A stretch of 64,000 bases of DNA from an uncultured Candidatus Saccharibacteria bacterium (GCA_964441495.1 CAYTXV010000001.1:58851-122850), one strand, 5' to 3'. Numbered from the stretch's first letter, positions 9,980-20,602 are shown. Numbers and translations: made by a program. The notes: generated from the sequence alone by a model not told the origin.

Positions 9980-11833
9980 ATGGAACAAAAACAACAACCA
10001 ACACAACGAAAATCATTTTCAAAACCAAAGCGCTCATTTGGCAATCGTCGTTCATTTGACCGCGCACGCCGCCCAGCACATCCAGGACTCACTGCTGATG
10101 TGATGGCAGAGCCAGTAGATCGCAAGACAGCACACATCCCTGATCCAACACCGGGAACTATACGCATCATCCCGCTTGGTGGTGTCGAAGAAATCGGCAA
10201 AAACATGACCGCGATCGAGATCGGAGACGATATCATCGTCATCGATGCAGGTATGCACTTCTCCAACGAAGCAACGCCTGGCATCGACTACGTGATCCCC
10301 AACACACGCTACCTCGAAGAACGCAAAGGCAAAATCCGTGCGCTCATCATCACACACGGACACCTTGATCACATCGGTGGTGTACCACTCGTACTCTCAC
10401 GTATCGGCAACCCACCACTCTACTCTCGCAACCTCACCGTGCTTATGTGTCAGAAACGACAAGCAGAGTTCCCGCACCTGCCTCCGATGAACGCAATCGT
10501 CGTCGAAAACGACCAATCAATCACGCTCGGAAACATGAAGGTGCGCTTCTGGGGTGTGACACACACAATCCCTGACTCAATGGGTATCATCGTTGAGACT
10601 CCGTACGGCAACATCGTCACCCCTGGAGACTTCAAGCTCGACCAGATCGATGGTGTCGTTTCAGAGCGCGAAGAAGAAGAGTACAAGCAGTTTGACAATG
10701 CAAACAACCTCCTCTTGATGACTGACTCTACCAACATCGAAAACGAAGGGTTCTCGCTTGCAGAAATCAAAGTACACCAAGGTATCGAAGCGATTCTTCG
10801 TCGTGAGAAAAACAACCGCATCTTTATCGCAGCGTTCGCATCGCACATCACTCGCCTCATCCGTATCGTTGAGATCGCAGAAGAGCTCGGCAAAAAGGTC
10901 GTGGTCGAGGGTCGCTCGATGAAAACCAACATCGATGTCATCATCCAAGCAGGACTCCTCAAGCCACAAAAGGGGACAATCATCCCTGTTGAAGATATCG
11001 ACAAGTACCCACCTGATCGCGTCCTCGTACTCATCACAGGAGCGCAAGGTGAAGAGTTTGGTGCGCTCAACCGTGCGGCAAACAAAACCAACAAAAAGAT
11101 CTCGCTTCGCAAAGGCGATCGCATCATCCTCTCTGCATCTGTTGTCCCTGGCAACGAACGTGCAGTCCAAGCAATGAAAGACGGCCTTTCTCGACAAGGT
11201 GTGAAGATCATCTCATACCGCACTCCTGGCGAAGAATACGTCCACGCAACTGGTCACGGTAACAAAGAAGACATCAAATGGCTCCACCGCAAGATTCATC
11301 CCAAGTTCTTCATCCCGATCCACGGCCACCACTACCACCTCGAACTTCACAAAGAGCTCGCGATGGAGCTTGGCATGCCTGAGGCAAACATCGTTGTCCC
11401 TGACAACGGAACTATCATCGAGATAACCCATGAAGGCACCAAAATCGGTGTTCGCAAAGAAAAGGCACCATCGTCTCCGATGATGGTTGATGGGTTCTCT
11501 GTCGGTGACGAACAAAACGTCGTCATCCGCGATCGTCAGATGCTCGCAGAAGACGGTATGTTTGTTGTGGTTGCAGTTGTCGATAGCAAAAACGGACTCC
11601 TACGCAAAAGCCCAGATCTCATCTCTCGCGGATTTGTGTACCTCAAAGAAAACCAAGAACTCTTGAGACAAACACGTATCCTCGTCAAGCGCACAGTTGA
11701 AACTTCTTGGAAAAACATCAACCAAGCAGACCTCGATCCACTCAAAAACATCGTTGCAGAAACAGTGAGTAAATACTTGTTCCAAAAAACTGCAAAGCGT
11801 CCACTCGTGATCCCTGTTATACTAGTGTTGTAA
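9980..11833 (+). CDS. rnj: ribonuclease J
   Basis: PLGGVEEIGKNM, THGHLDHIGG, THTIPDS, HATGHG, PIHG. Confidence 0.97.
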   Translation: MEQKQQPTQRKSFSKPKRSFGNRRSFDRARRPAHPGLTADVMAEPVDRKTAHIPDPTPGTIRIIPLGGVEEIGKNMTAIEIGDDIIVIDAGMHFSNEATPGIDYVIPNTRYLEERKGKIRALIITHGHLDHIGGVPLVLSRIGNPPLYSRNLTVLMCQKRQAEFPHLPPMNAIVVENDQSITLGNMKVRFWGVTHTIPDSMGIIVETPYGNIVTPGDFKLDQIDGVVSEREEEEYKQFDNANNLLLMTDSTNIENEGFSLAEIKVHQGIEAILRREKNNRIFIAAFASHITRLIRIVEIAEELGKKVVVEGRSMKTNIDVIIQAGLLKPQKGTIIPVEDIDKYPPDRVLVLITGAQGEEFGALNRAANKTNKKISLRKGDRIILSASVVPGNERAVQAMKDGLSRQGVKIISYRTPGEEYVHATGHGNKEDIKWLHRKIHPKFFIPIHGHHYHLELHKELAMELGMPEANIVVPDNGTIIEITHEGTKIGVRKEKAPSSPMMVDGFSVGDEQNVVIRDRQMLAEDGMFVVVAVVDSKNGLLRKSPDLISRGFVYLKENQELLRQTRILVKRTVETSWKNINQADLDPLKNIVAETVSKYLFQKTAKRPLVIPVILVL

Positions 11834-12975
11834 TGAAACACCTGCGACCAGTATTTTTTGCATCGTTTTTTTTCTCACTACACCTCGCACTCCTCTCGTA
11901 CCTCAACTCGACCGTACTTGCGCTTCACACCAGTCCGCTTGGTGTAAGTAGTGCGTATACCATCGCATCAGCACTCTCACTCCTCCTCCTTATCGGAGCT
12001 GGCAATGTCGTGCGCAAAACTGGCTCGAGTAGATTTCTGATTGGGACACTGCTGTGTGCGGCACTTCTCCTTCTTGCGCTTGGTACGATCGCTCAGACGC
12101 ACTGGTTTGTGAGTGTGTTTATCGTGTATTTCTCGCTCAACAGTGTCATCTGGTACGGCTTTGACCTCGTGGTCGAGCACTATAGTCGTGAGCACAACAC
12201 GGGCAATATCCGCGGTATCTATCTGACCCTCAACAATGCAGGCTGGGTACTCGCACCGATGGCAGCAAGCCTCATCGCAACAACGATCGGCCTCACGGGG
12301 ACATACATTGCAGCGGCCATAGCGCTCGTTGCTGCCTGTGGACTCCTCCTTGGTATCAAACGTATCCGCAGCAGCACGCACCTTCCCAAGATCTCATTTA
12401 CCAAATCATTTCAAGCGCTCAGTGCACACCCGTATGCACGAAGGCTTGTCGTACTGTATTTTGTGATTCAGTTTTTCTTTGCATGGATGGTGATCTATCT
12501 GACTCCATACCTGACGAGTCTCGGATTTTCGATCGGGATGATCGGTATCATCCTCTCTGTGATGCTGCTGCCGTTTGTGTTGCTGCAATACTGGACAGGA
12601 AAGATTGCAGACAAACTTCACAATGAAAAGCAGCTCCTCATGGGAGGATTTGCGATTGCAGGGATTGCGACATATCTCCTTGCGCTTGATATCTCAACAA
12701 GCGCGCTCTTTTTTGCACTTGTACTGTTTGTGACACGTATCGGTGCGAGCATCATCGAAGTTGCAGCGGAAAGCGCGTTTTTCAAGCATGTCAGCGAGCG
12801 TGACACTGCGCTCATCGGGACGCTCCGTATGACTCTCCCGCTTGCCTACATCAGCGCACCACTTGCTGGCGCACTCGTACTTACCATCGGTAACACATCG
12901 CTTCTCTTTGGTGTACTGGCAACGATACTTATCCTTGCAGTTGTGTACGCTTCACGACTCGATCAGAGTGCATAG
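11833..12975 (+). CDS. MFS transporter
   Basis: About 12 hydrophobic segments; GKIADK MFS-like loop motif. Confidence 0.85.
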   Translation: MKHLRPVFFASFFFSLHLALLSYLNSTVLALHTSPLGVSSAYTIASALSLLLLIGAGNVVRKTGSSRFLIGTLLCAALLLLALGTIAQTHWFVSVFIVYFSLNSVIWYGFDLVVEHYSREHNTGNIRGIYLTLNNAGWVLAPMAASLIATTIGLTGTYIAAAIALVAACGLLLGIKRIRSSTHLPKISFTKSFQALSAHPYARRLVVLYFVIQFFFAWMVIYLTPYLTSLGFSIGMIGIILSVMLLPFVLLQYWTGKIADKLHNEKQLLMGGFAIAGIATYLLALDISTSALFFALVLFVTRIGASIIEVAAESAFFKHVSERDTALIGTLRMTLPLAYISAPLAGALVLTIGNTSLLFGVLATILILAVVYASRLDQSA

Positions 12976-13757
12976 CTCTTGCCACGCTTGTGTACCAAGC
13001 CTTCAGCGATGAGTGTTGGGAGTACTTCGTGTGCACGAGGGACTTTGGCAAGGAGCTTCGCTTCAGGTAGCGAACCGCCTACGAGTGTTTTAAGTACCGC
13101 ACCGCGCACTTCTCGAAGCGATCCTTTGAACACTGTCTGTTTCGTATAATGTGCACTCTGTGCATTGTTTTTTATACCGATACTTTTGAGATATGTGCCA
13201 TAGTCCATGAGGGCCCAGTACCACTGGCGTGGATTTGTTTTGCGCATTGTCCGCTTGATGATAGGCATGAGCTGTTTGTCACTGACACCCTCTTTGTCTT
13301 TGAAAAAGTGGTGGATATAGACAGTGCGTATGTTGGTCTCAATCACCGGCCAGGCTTTGTTGTATGCAAATGCATAGATTGCTCCAGCAGTATATGGACC
13401 GATGCCGGGAAGCTTCTCTAGACCCTCGATAGTCTCTGGAAATGTTCCTTTGTATTTCTCGACAACCACTTGTGCCATGTTGTAGAGAAATTTGGCGCGA
13501 CGATTATACCCGAGCCCGCTCCACAGATGAAGCACGTCTCGAAGGGACGCGCGCGCGAGTGCACGAACTGTTGGAAATGCCTTGATGAAGGCTTGATACT
13601 TGGGTAGTACACGAGCAACTTGGGTCTGCTGCAGCATGAGCTCAGAAACAGCGATCCTGTACGGATCACTGGTATGTCGCCATGGGAGGTCATGCCTCCC
13701 GTGGACTTTGTAGTACTTCATAACAGTTTGTACAAACTGGCGCTCTTGAGGAAACAT
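12963..13757 (-). CDS. mutY: A/G-specific adenine glycosylase (short form without the FeS cluster cysteines)
   Basis: RHDLPWR, VSELMLQQTQV, WSGLGYNRRA, HhH motif LPGIGPYTA. Confidence 0.92.
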   Translation of the reverse strand: MFPQERQFVQTVMKYYKVHGRHDLPWRHTSDPYRIAVSELMLQQTQVARVLPKYQAFIKAFPTVRALARASLRDVLHLWSGLGYNRRAKFLYNMAQVVVEKYKGTFPETIEGLEKLPGIGPYTAGAIYAFAYNKAWPVIETNIRTVYIHHFFKDKEGVSDKQLMPIIKRTMRKTNPRQWYWALMDYGTYLKSIGIKNNAQSAHYTKQTVFKGSLREVRGAVLKTLVGGSLPEAKLLAKVPRAHEVLPTLIAEGLVHKRGKSYAL

Positions 13758-13809
13758 ATAGCGCTATAGTAACACAACAAAAGCCCCTTTAGGGCCTTTG
13801 AAACTATTG

Positions 13810-14088
13810 CTATTTGATAAGTTCGCGAAACTGGTTTTTGGTAATGCTGTACTTTTTCATGATCTCTTTGGGGCTTTTGCCGAGCGCGAGATCTTTGGCA
13901 AATTCGGCAGGATCAATGCCGAGCTTGTGCGTGAGTCGTTCAAATCGTGAGGTGCTGTTCTGGTGGTACTTGGGACCTTGGACAACGTCTGTTGCGACTA
14001 TCTCTGGCATCGCTGCAGCTATCGCTCCAGTTGAGTTGAAGTAGAGTATATACGCAAGCAGACCACTCGTTGCGATGATTTTTTTCAT
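13810..14088 (-). CDS. hypothetical secreted protein
   Basis: Signal-peptide-like N-terminus; downstream terminator at about 13778-13800. Confidence 0.65.
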   Translation of the reverse strand: MKKIIATSGLLAYILYFNSTGAIAAAMPEIVATDVVQGPKYHQNSTSRFERLTHKLGIDPAEFAKDLALGKSPKEIMKKYSITKNQFRELIK

Positions 14089-14234
14089 AATGTTTCAAAA
14101 TGCAATTACTTGTAGTAGTTGTGTGGCACGTACCTGTGCGATCCATCGATGTGCCACATATATCCACTATACCATGCACCACCAGGTGGTAGTATTAGAA
14201 TTGTGAATTGAGAAAAGTCAATACTACGAAACCC

Positions 14235-14609
14235 TCATTTATCCAAACTCTTGGACAAACCACAGTAGTCATCTCTACCTTGTAGCCATACCGCACCAAG
14301 CGCTACAAGGAGCCCTATATCACGAATACCGACTGCAGTAAGTCCAAGTGTCCAAACAATCATCAAAAGATGAAGTACAAGTAATGGCACTACAAATCGT
14401 ACCCCTACACCAAACACAAGAAGTGATCCTGTGATGATTTCAAACACAGCGTTGAACAACACCCACGTCTCTGCAGACGCAACCTTGGTGAGAAACTCTG
14501 GGATAAGTCCAGTCCACATAGTTTGGTCATAGAGCTGCGTAAACCCAAACCAGAGAAACACAAATGCAAGTCCAGTCCGAAGGACAAGTGGCGCGTATGA
14601 TTTATACAT
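14235..14609 (-). CDS. DoxX-family membrane protein
   Basis: LVLRTGLAFVFLWFG...EIITGSLL...RDIGLL. Confidence 0.85.
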   Translation of the reverse strand: MYKSYAPLVLRTGLAFVFLWFGFTQLYDQTMWTGLIPEFLTKVASAETWVLFNAVFEIITGSLLVFGVGVRFVVPLLVLHLLMIVWTLGLTAVGIRDIGLLVALGAVWLQGRDDYCGLSKSLDK

Positions 14610-14620
14610 ATAAACTACTC

Positions 14621-15085
14621 TTATTTGGCAAGTGTGCCTATTTTATAACTTGCAAGGACTCGTTCTGGACCACCCTGTCCACCATGTTGTTCGTTAAACG
14701 ATTCAGAACTATCCTCTCCACACATACTCAAGATAGCGCGTGATCCGCCTGGGTGTTTGGAAACCCAACTCGTGAGGTTGTACACGCCACCATTAACAAT
14801 GGTCCAACAATCAGACTGACTGCTGTGTGTTGCAACTTGTGCTGCAGTATACGTCTTGGGACCTGCTGTTGGAGTACTTGTTGTAGAAGTAGTTGGAGTT
14901 GTTGTTGGTTTGGGCGCGACAGGAGTAGTTGTCGGGCGAACAGATTCGCTTGGAGCTGATGTTTGCTCTGAAGCAACCTTGCTTTCTTGATCTACCTTTT
15001 GTGCATGTTGTACACCTGCGATGACAAGCGCAATAACTATGACGAGCACTCCTACAATGGCGGTGATTGATTTGGTATTTTGCAT
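14621..15085 (-). CDS. membrane-anchored cytochrome b5-like heme-binding protein
   Basis: YTAAQVATH...DCWTIVNGGVYNLTSWVSKHPGG...FNEQH; Pro/Thr-rich linker. Confidence 0.92.
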   Translation of the reverse strand: MQNTKSITAIVGVLVIVIALVIAGVQHAQKVDQESKVASEQTSAPSESVRPTTTPVAPKPTTTPTTSTTSTPTAGPKTYTAAQVATHSSQSDCWTIVNGGVYNLTSWVSKHPGGSRAILSMCGEDSSESFNEQHGGQGGPERVLASYKIGTLAK

Positions 15086-15103
15086 ATGCCTTCCAGTATA
15101 ACA

Positions 15104-15529
15104 CTAAACACCGAGCCGGGTCTTTGCGAAGGATTTGACGATCTCATGACTTTGTTGCCATGCATGCCAGACTGAAGCAGTCCACAGACCGATCATCGCA
15201 TCGCGTTTGGCTCCGTGTGGCTCACGGACAACCGTCGCAGCAGTGATCGAGCCACGCTTCTGAGGAAATATCACCGCCGGCCACTGATGCGGCCCAGCCG
15301 CAAGCTGCATGTGCGCATCCTGGATCTGCCGACCGGTATAGTGATGCTCGACGTGTAAGTACAGTCCGACAAGCGCAAAGATGAGTGCGATCGGCTTGGT
15401 GTCGAGTGTCGCAGTCTGTGCAGTATATGCATCAACGATGTACTGATGCACGAACTGCTCATCGGCTCGATGCAATGTGTCTACTGACAAGAGATCATAT
15501 GCGATACGGTCACTACGAGATGCGTCCAT
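15104..15529 (-). CDS. hypothetical protein (DUF5946-like)
   Basis: FVHQYIVDAYTAQ...LVGLYL...WTASVWHAW pattern. Confidence 0.7.
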   Translation of the reverse strand: MDASRSDRIAYDLLSVDTLHRADEQFVHQYIVDAYTAQTATLDTKPIALIFALVGLYLHVEHHYTGRQIQDAHMQLAAGPHQWPAVIFPQKRGSITAATVVREPHGAKRDAMIGLWTASVWHAWQQSHEIVKSFAKTRLGV

Positions 15530-15618
15530 GGTGTAAGTATAGCGCAGTTTTGCTTTTGTGTTACACAAAAATTGACTTATTTATAAAATATTATATAATG
15601 ATTAAAAATCTATCGCGT

Positions 15619-16548
15619 ATGAAAAAGTTCTTTTTATTTGTAATACCAAATTTTATCTTCTTAGTATTTGCTACCGCGCAAACCAAAGTTTACAAGACAA
15701 ATCATTTAAACATTGGTTTTGGTAAAGCAAGTAATTGCATTGAAAACAATCTTCTAATTTTTTGCGTTAACGGACCACTTGTCGACTCTGTTCATTACCC
15801 TGTTGGTGGATACATTGACAACGGTATCCGGAAACAAAAATGGATTGATCCTTTAAAAGCTACTGGAAATTTTTCTGTTGATAACGCTGTATTTGGCTTA
15901 GGTACAAATGGAAATTTCTGTATGATACCTTATTCGGATATAGCATCACTACCAGCTCTCACATGGGGATTTCAAAATGGACCCATGTTGGTAAAAAATG
16001 GAAAAAATATTCGAGGAACCTCAACAACTAAGTATCCGCGCTCCGGTAAGGAACTTTATGATCAGGTTCAAGGTCAGGTAAAAAGCCAGGTACTACGAAT
16101 ACAAGAACCGAAAGAATTCGCTTTCACAAAGATGATGTCGTGTGGTCTATGCGACTCTGGGATCTGTGCAGATGAGAAGTTTAAGAAGCTTAAAGATGGA
16201 TCTGTGAATAGGCACGTTTACTACAGCTGTACGAAGTCAAAAGATAAGTACTGCAAGTGTGGGTACATAAACGAAGTAGACCTTATAGAGCAATTTGAGA
16301 AACTACTCGATCGCATCAATATCAGTGAAATCGGAATGAAAGATAAGATCAAATACGAGGTTGAGCGAATTAAGAAGTTTCAACAATCAGTTTTGAATAT
16401 TAAACAGCAGATACAAATCAAAGACGTAGATATAAGAGACTACGCTAAATTTATTTTAAAGGACGGAGCAATTGAAGAGAAACGAGAACTGCTTACTTGC
16501 TTTAAGAGTAAAATACTACTCAAAGAAAAACAGATATACATTAGCTAA
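15619..16548 (+). pseudogene. chimeric ORF: N-terminal part of a phosphodiester-glycosidase-like exported protein fused at about 16047 to the C-terminal zinc-ribbon/coiled-coil part of a large serine recombinase
   Basis: Signal peptide, GNFSVDNAVF, FQNGPMLVKNG...RSG, then an abrupt switch to KELYDQVQ...FAFTKMMSCGLCDSGI...YYSCTKSK...CKCGYINE. Confidence 0.75.
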
Positions 16549-16936
16549 AATTAACTACAAAGTTATACATCCCCATACCACAAACTCCTTGGAGTGGTTC
16601 TCCTGCCTTGGGTGTTCCTACATCAATCACTTCTTCTCCAGTTTGAGCTAATATCTTTTGATATCCCAATGACTTGATTACAAGTGATGAAGAACAGTCG
16701 TAAGTACCGTTTGTCTTCATAATTAGTTTTGTAGGAATCCCTGCTTTTGCGTTAGATAGTTTTGGGGAGTATCCACCTTTAGCATCGACGGTTATGTATT
16801 GAATTCCATCTCTTACCTCAACATTCTGCATAGCCTGTGTTGATGCAGTTTTATCGCTACCTTTCGAACCTACAAAAATAGTACCGATTCCAATAATGAG
16901 TCCGATAGTGATAATTGATAAAGCAATTTTATTCAT
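16541..16936 (-). CDS. cupredoxin-domain protein
   Basis: GGYSP...AKAGIP...YDCSS...CGMGMY. Confidence 0.88.
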   Translation of the reverse strand: MNKIALSIITIGLIIGIGTIFVGSKGSDKTASTQAMQNVEVRDGIQYITVDAKGGYSPKLSNAKAGIPTKLIMKTNGTYDCSSSLVIKSLGYQKILAQTGEEVIDVGTPKAGEPLQGVCGMGMYNFVVNFS

Positions 16937-16944
16937 AAAGTTAA

Positions 16945-17952
16945 TTATATATTAAATAATGGATTGATAATTCCGAGTCCTGCCAAGCCAGCAAGTAGTG
17001 CGAATAGTCCAAGACCGATCACCACAACTCCTGCGGATTTAAAGAATAAAGGCGCATGTCTTCCGTGCGCGAACGACGCAGACCCGAACGAGAGAAGTAA
17101 AAGCACTGGTAACGTCCCGAGGGCAAAAGCTAGCATGATAAACATTCCTGAACCAAAAGATCCACTACCTAATGCGGAAACCTGCATTGATTGGGTAAAG
17201 CCGCACGGTAAGAAAAATGTGGCAAAACCGAGAATGAGTGGAGTAAACGTTTTATGCTCAATTCTCCTGAAGAAATTAAAGATTCCAGACGGCAGAGCAA
17301 TTTTGTTCTTTTTAAAAACTCCAACCAGATTCAAACCTAACGTGAGCATCACAAGCGATGCCAAAAGACCTAATATTGCCGTAAGGGTAAAATTAATGCC
17401 GATAGCACTTCCTACAGCGCCAAGCACCCCACCCAATATTGCAAAGCTGACAATTCTTCCTATATGGAAGAGTAGAAACGTTTTGGTATCGCTCACATTG
17501 TCTTGAGATATCTTTGCTGATAGAGACAAAACCAATCCTCCCACTATAGCAAGACAGCTTGAAACCGAAGCTATGAGCCCAATAATGAAGCTTGTGATTG
17601 GTGTGGTCTGCCCACCGATCCCAAGATTAAGAATTCCTGATTTCTGTAATAAAAAGAACAACACCAGGAAACCAAGTCCAATCGGGAGAGCTTTCCAAAT
17701 AACATCGTCACTTTGTTTTTCCTTGACCGTTTTTTCAACGGAAAGAATATAACCATTAGATTTGATTTTATCTGTCAGCATATCTGCTAATTTTTCAGAG
17801 GAATAATCACTGTCAGTTTCTATTTCCACAATTTCATTCTTCAGATTGACTCGTGCATTTTGTATGAAGTCTTGTTCATTCAAGACATCCTCGATCAAGA
17901 TTTTGCATGATGCACAATGCGTACCAGATACGTGTAATATGTGTGTTTTCAT
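16945..17952 (-). CDS. HMA domain plus DsbD-like/TauE-SafE membrane protein
   Basis: GTHCASC metal-binding motif; SSCLAIVGG, FHIGR, TFFLPCGFTQ. Confidence 0.88.
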   Translation of the reverse strand: MKTHILHVSGTHCASCKILIEDVLNEQDFIQNARVNLKNEIVEIETDSDYSSEKLADMLTDKIKSNGYILSVEKTVKEKQSDDVIWKALPIGLGFLVLFFLLQKSGILNLGIGGQTTPITSFIIGLIASVSSCLAIVGGLVLSLSAKISQDNVSDTKTFLLFHIGRIVSFAILGGVLGAVGSAIGINFTLTAILGLLASLVMLTLGLNLVGVFKKNKIALPSGIFNFFRRIEHKTFTPLILGFATFFLPCGFTQSMQVSALGSGSFGSGMFIMLAFALGTLPVLLLLSFGSASFAHGRHAPLFFKSAGVVVIGLGLFALLAGLAGLGIINPLFNI

Positions 17953-17954
17953 AC

Positions 17955-20249
17955 TTATAATTTCTTAGCTTTAATGCGAAGTGAGTTCGAGACTACGGAG
18001 ACCGACGACATCGCCATAGCAAATCCAGCAAAAATAGGATTCAAAAGCCAACCAAAGATTGGATAGAAAGCACCTGCCGCAAGCGGTATACCAACGATGT
18101 TGTATATGAATGCCCAGAAAAGATTCTGCTTGATTCCTCTCATGGTAATTTTTGAAAGCTTAATGGCTTTTACGAGCTTTGAAATGTCCCCTCCAAGGAG
18201 GGTGATTCCTGCCGACTCAATCGCGACATCCGTACCTGTTCCCATGGCAATACCGACGTCAGCTTGGGCAAGTGCGGGAGCATCATTCACCCCATCACCT
18301 GCCATAGCGACAATACGACCCTGTGACTGGAGCTCTTTTATTTTTTCAAGCTTATCTTGTGGTAATACATGCGCCACAATGTCATCAATACCAACGAGTG
18401 ATCCGATATACTTAGCGGCTTTTTCATCGTCTCCTGTAAGCATAACCACTTTTATGCCGAGAGCATGAAGACTTTTGATAGCCTCTACTGACTCAGCCTT
18501 TATTTCGTCTGCCACCATCACAAAACCGAGTACCTTCTCTTTGGTAGCAAGAATGACTGGTGTCTTTCCTTGCGAGGTAAACTCATTTAACCTATCAGCG
18601 TCAAATGAAATTTTTAGGTCGGTCACAAGCTTCGCATTGCCCACAAAATATTCAGTGCCCCTGATCTCTCCCTTGAGACCTTTTCCTTGTATTCCTGCAA
18701 AGTTTGAAACATCAGATATCGAGATATTTTTCTCCTGTGCGTAGTTTACGATTGCATGTGCGATCGGATGCTCAGATTTTTTCTCAAGCGAAGCGAGAAT
18801 TGAAAGAAGTTCATCATCTTTCAAGTTTGCGAGGTTTTGTATGTCGACAAGTGTCGGCTTTCCTTTGGTTATTGTTCCTGTCTTGTCGACCACAACTGTG
18901 TTTACCTTATGAAGCTTTTCGAGAGTAGCCGCATCTTTGATGAGAATTCCTTCCTTGGCACCTTTGCCGACTCCAACAATTATTGCAGTTGGAGTAGCGA
19001 GACCAAGTGCACATGGACAAGCTATTACTAGGATTCCCACAAAGGATACGAGACCGAATGAAAGTGCCTGAGAAAATCCTAGATACTGCGACCCAATAAT
19101 GAGCCATGCACCGAGGGTAAGAAAAGCGATTATAAGAACTATGGGCACAAAGATGGCTGATATTTTGTCTGCCATTGCCTGTATTGGCGCCTTGCTTCCT
19201 TGAGCATCTTCAACCATCTTTATGATCTGAGCGAGCAGTGTCTCTGAACCAACCTTTGTAGCTTTAAAGGTGAATGATCCACTTGTATTCATTGTGCCAG
19301 ATACGACATTGTCGCCAATCTTTTTCTGGGCAGGCATCGGCTCTCCTGTAACCATCGATTCATCAATAAAAGATGAGCCTTCAGTGATGACACCATCAAC
19401 AGGAATTTTTGAGCCTGGCTTCACGATAATCAGATCTCCATGCTTTACGTCGTTTACTGGAATCTCTATTTCCTTTCCGTCACGAACAACCAATGCTGTT
19501 TTGGCTTGAAGATTGAGAAGTTTCTCGATCGCATCACCAGTCTTAATTTTAGACCTGGCTTCGAGGTATTTACCGAGCGCAATAAAGGTAATAACCACTA
19601 TCGTCACGTCATAGTACTGGTACTCGACGTTAATAAACGGCTTAAGAACGTCCTCAAAAGCACTGACGGCGAAACTGTATAAAAAAGCGGCTACCGTACC
19701 GATACCAATAAGGGTATCCATATTCGCTTTGCCGTATCGGAGAAATCTATAAAAACCAAGGAGGTACGGCTTACCAACTACAAAAAGGATATAGGTGGCA
19801 AATATCGGGAGAAGATGATGAAAGAATTCCTTGAGTGTGTAGCTCATTGCAGGAACGATGCTGTACTCAGCGAGAATATCCCAACCCATAACGAAAGCAG
19901 CAAAAACTGCCAGAGGAATTGCAGAGAGCACTTTCGTCCGCATGTCCGCAACTTCATTGAGCTTCTCTTTCTTTGACTGATTCAATCCCAAGTGAGCCGC
20001 ATGCTCACTTTCAGACATACCCATCTCGTTCGCTGTCTCGGGGACATCGAGTGAATATCCGAGAGGTTCGATATGCTTAGAGAGGTCGTGAGGACTTATT
20101 TTTGAAGGATCAAAGGAAACCTTGGCCTTCTCCGTTCCATAGTTCACCTCTGCAGAATGCACACCATCAACTTTCTTAAATGTTTTTTCAATAACAGATG
20201 AACATGAGGCACAATGCATTCCTTTTACGTTGTATGTTTGTGTGTGCAT
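17955..20249 (-). CDS. copA: copper-translocating P1B-type ATPase
   Basis: GMHCASC, CPCALGLATP, DKTGT, SEHP, GDGVNDAPALA, YN and MAMSS motifs. Confidence 0.96.
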   Translation of the reverse strand: MHTQTYNVKGMHCASCSSVIEKTFKKVDGVHSAEVNYGTEKAKVSFDPSKISPHDLSKHIEPLGYSLDVPETANEMGMSESEHAAHLGLNQSKKEKLNEVADMRTKVLSAIPLAVFAAFVMGWDILAEYSIVPAMSYTLKEFFHHLLPIFATYILFVVGKPYLLGFYRFLRYGKANMDTLIGIGTVAAFLYSFAVSAFEDVLKPFINVEYQYYDVTIVVITFIALGKYLEARSKIKTGDAIEKLLNLQAKTALVVRDGKEIEIPVNDVKHGDLIIVKPGSKIPVDGVITEGSSFIDESMVTGEPMPAQKKIGDNVVSGTMNTSGSFTFKATKVGSETLLAQIIKMVEDAQGSKAPIQAMADKISAIFVPIVLIIAFLTLGAWLIIGSQYLGFSQALSFGLVSFVGILVIACPCALGLATPTAIIVGVGKGAKEGILIKDAATLEKLHKVNTVVVDKTGTITKGKPTLVDIQNLANLKDDELLSILASLEKKSEHPIAHAIVNYAQEKNISISDVSNFAGIQGKGLKGEIRGTEYFVGNAKLVTDLKISFDADRLNEFTSQGKTPVILATKEKVLGFVMVADEIKAESVEAIKSLHALGIKVVMLTGDDEKAAKYIGSLVGIDDIVAHVLPQDKLEKIKELQSQGRIVAMAGDGVNDAPALAQADVGIAMGTGTDVAIESAGITLLGGDISKLVKAIKLSKITMRGIKQNLFWAFIYNIVGIPLAAGAFYPIFGWLLNPIFAGFAMAMSSVSVVSNSLRIKAKKL

Positions 20250-20252
20250 AAA

Positions 20253-20528
20253 TTATTTTCTCTTTAGCTTATAAACTTTTAAAATCTCCTGTTTTGCTTT
20301 TTCGGTCTGTCCAGCCTTAACCTGATTCAGAATGCACCCACCAAGATGATTTTCAAGCAACAAATCTTCAATATTTGAAAGTGCTTGTTTGACTGCGGAA
20401 GTTTGGGTGATCACGTCAATACAGTAGGTGTCACTTTCGATCATCTTTTGCAGACCTCGAATCTGACCCTCAATGAGCTTGAGGCGACGAATGATTTTGA
20501 CCTTACTTTTGTCTTCCATATATTTCAT
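20253..20528 (-). CDS. csoR: CsoR/RcnR-family metal-sensing repressor
   Basis: RRLKLIEGQIRGLQKMIESDTYCIDVITQTSAV...HLGGC. Confidence 0.92.
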   Translation of the reverse strand: MKYMEDKSKVKIIRRLKLIEGQIRGLQKMIESDTYCIDVITQTSAVKQALSNIEDLLLENHLGGCILNQVKAGQTEKAKQEILKVYKLKRK

Positions 20529-20537
20529 ACATAGTAT

Positions 20538-20561
20538 TATATACCCCCTGGGGGGTATATA
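20538..20561. promoter_or_regulatory. CsoR-type operator inside the copper operon promoter
   Basis: TATATACCCCC-TG-GGGGGTATATA inverted repeat with C/G tracts, overlapping TTGCTA-18-TATAAT. Confidence 0.85.
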
Positions 20562-20570
20562 GCAAGTCAA

Positions 20571-20602
20571 ACATAAAAGCACCCGATTGGGTGCTTTTAT
20601 GT
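20571..20602. terminator. intrinsic terminator (bidirectional)
   Basis: ACATAAAAGCACCC-GATT-GGGTGCTTTTATGT. Confidence 0.8.

Noticed and set aside
10450-11223. Long antisense ORFs in the track (also 29048-29878, 29844-30593, 34140-34832, 57716-58389)
   Set aside because: They are shadows of well-supported genes on the opposite strand and show no recognisable motifs.
14100-14230. Intergenic inverted repeats (TGTGGCAC/GTGCCACA and GTAGTATT/AATACTAC)
   Set aside because: They are short and compatible with an ordinary leader or terminator hairpin; they match no riboswitch pattern I recognise.
15385-15618. Upstream extension of the 387-aa ORF given in the track
   Set aside because: It overlaps an opposite-strand gene and the promoter at 15572-15599. 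The ATG at 15619 gives a sensible signal peptide.
15560-16100. A duplicated tRNA-Gln 3' end marking the far boundary (att site) of the island
   Set aside because: No copy of the tRNA 3' sequence was found by eye near the left boundary or elsewhere in the window.
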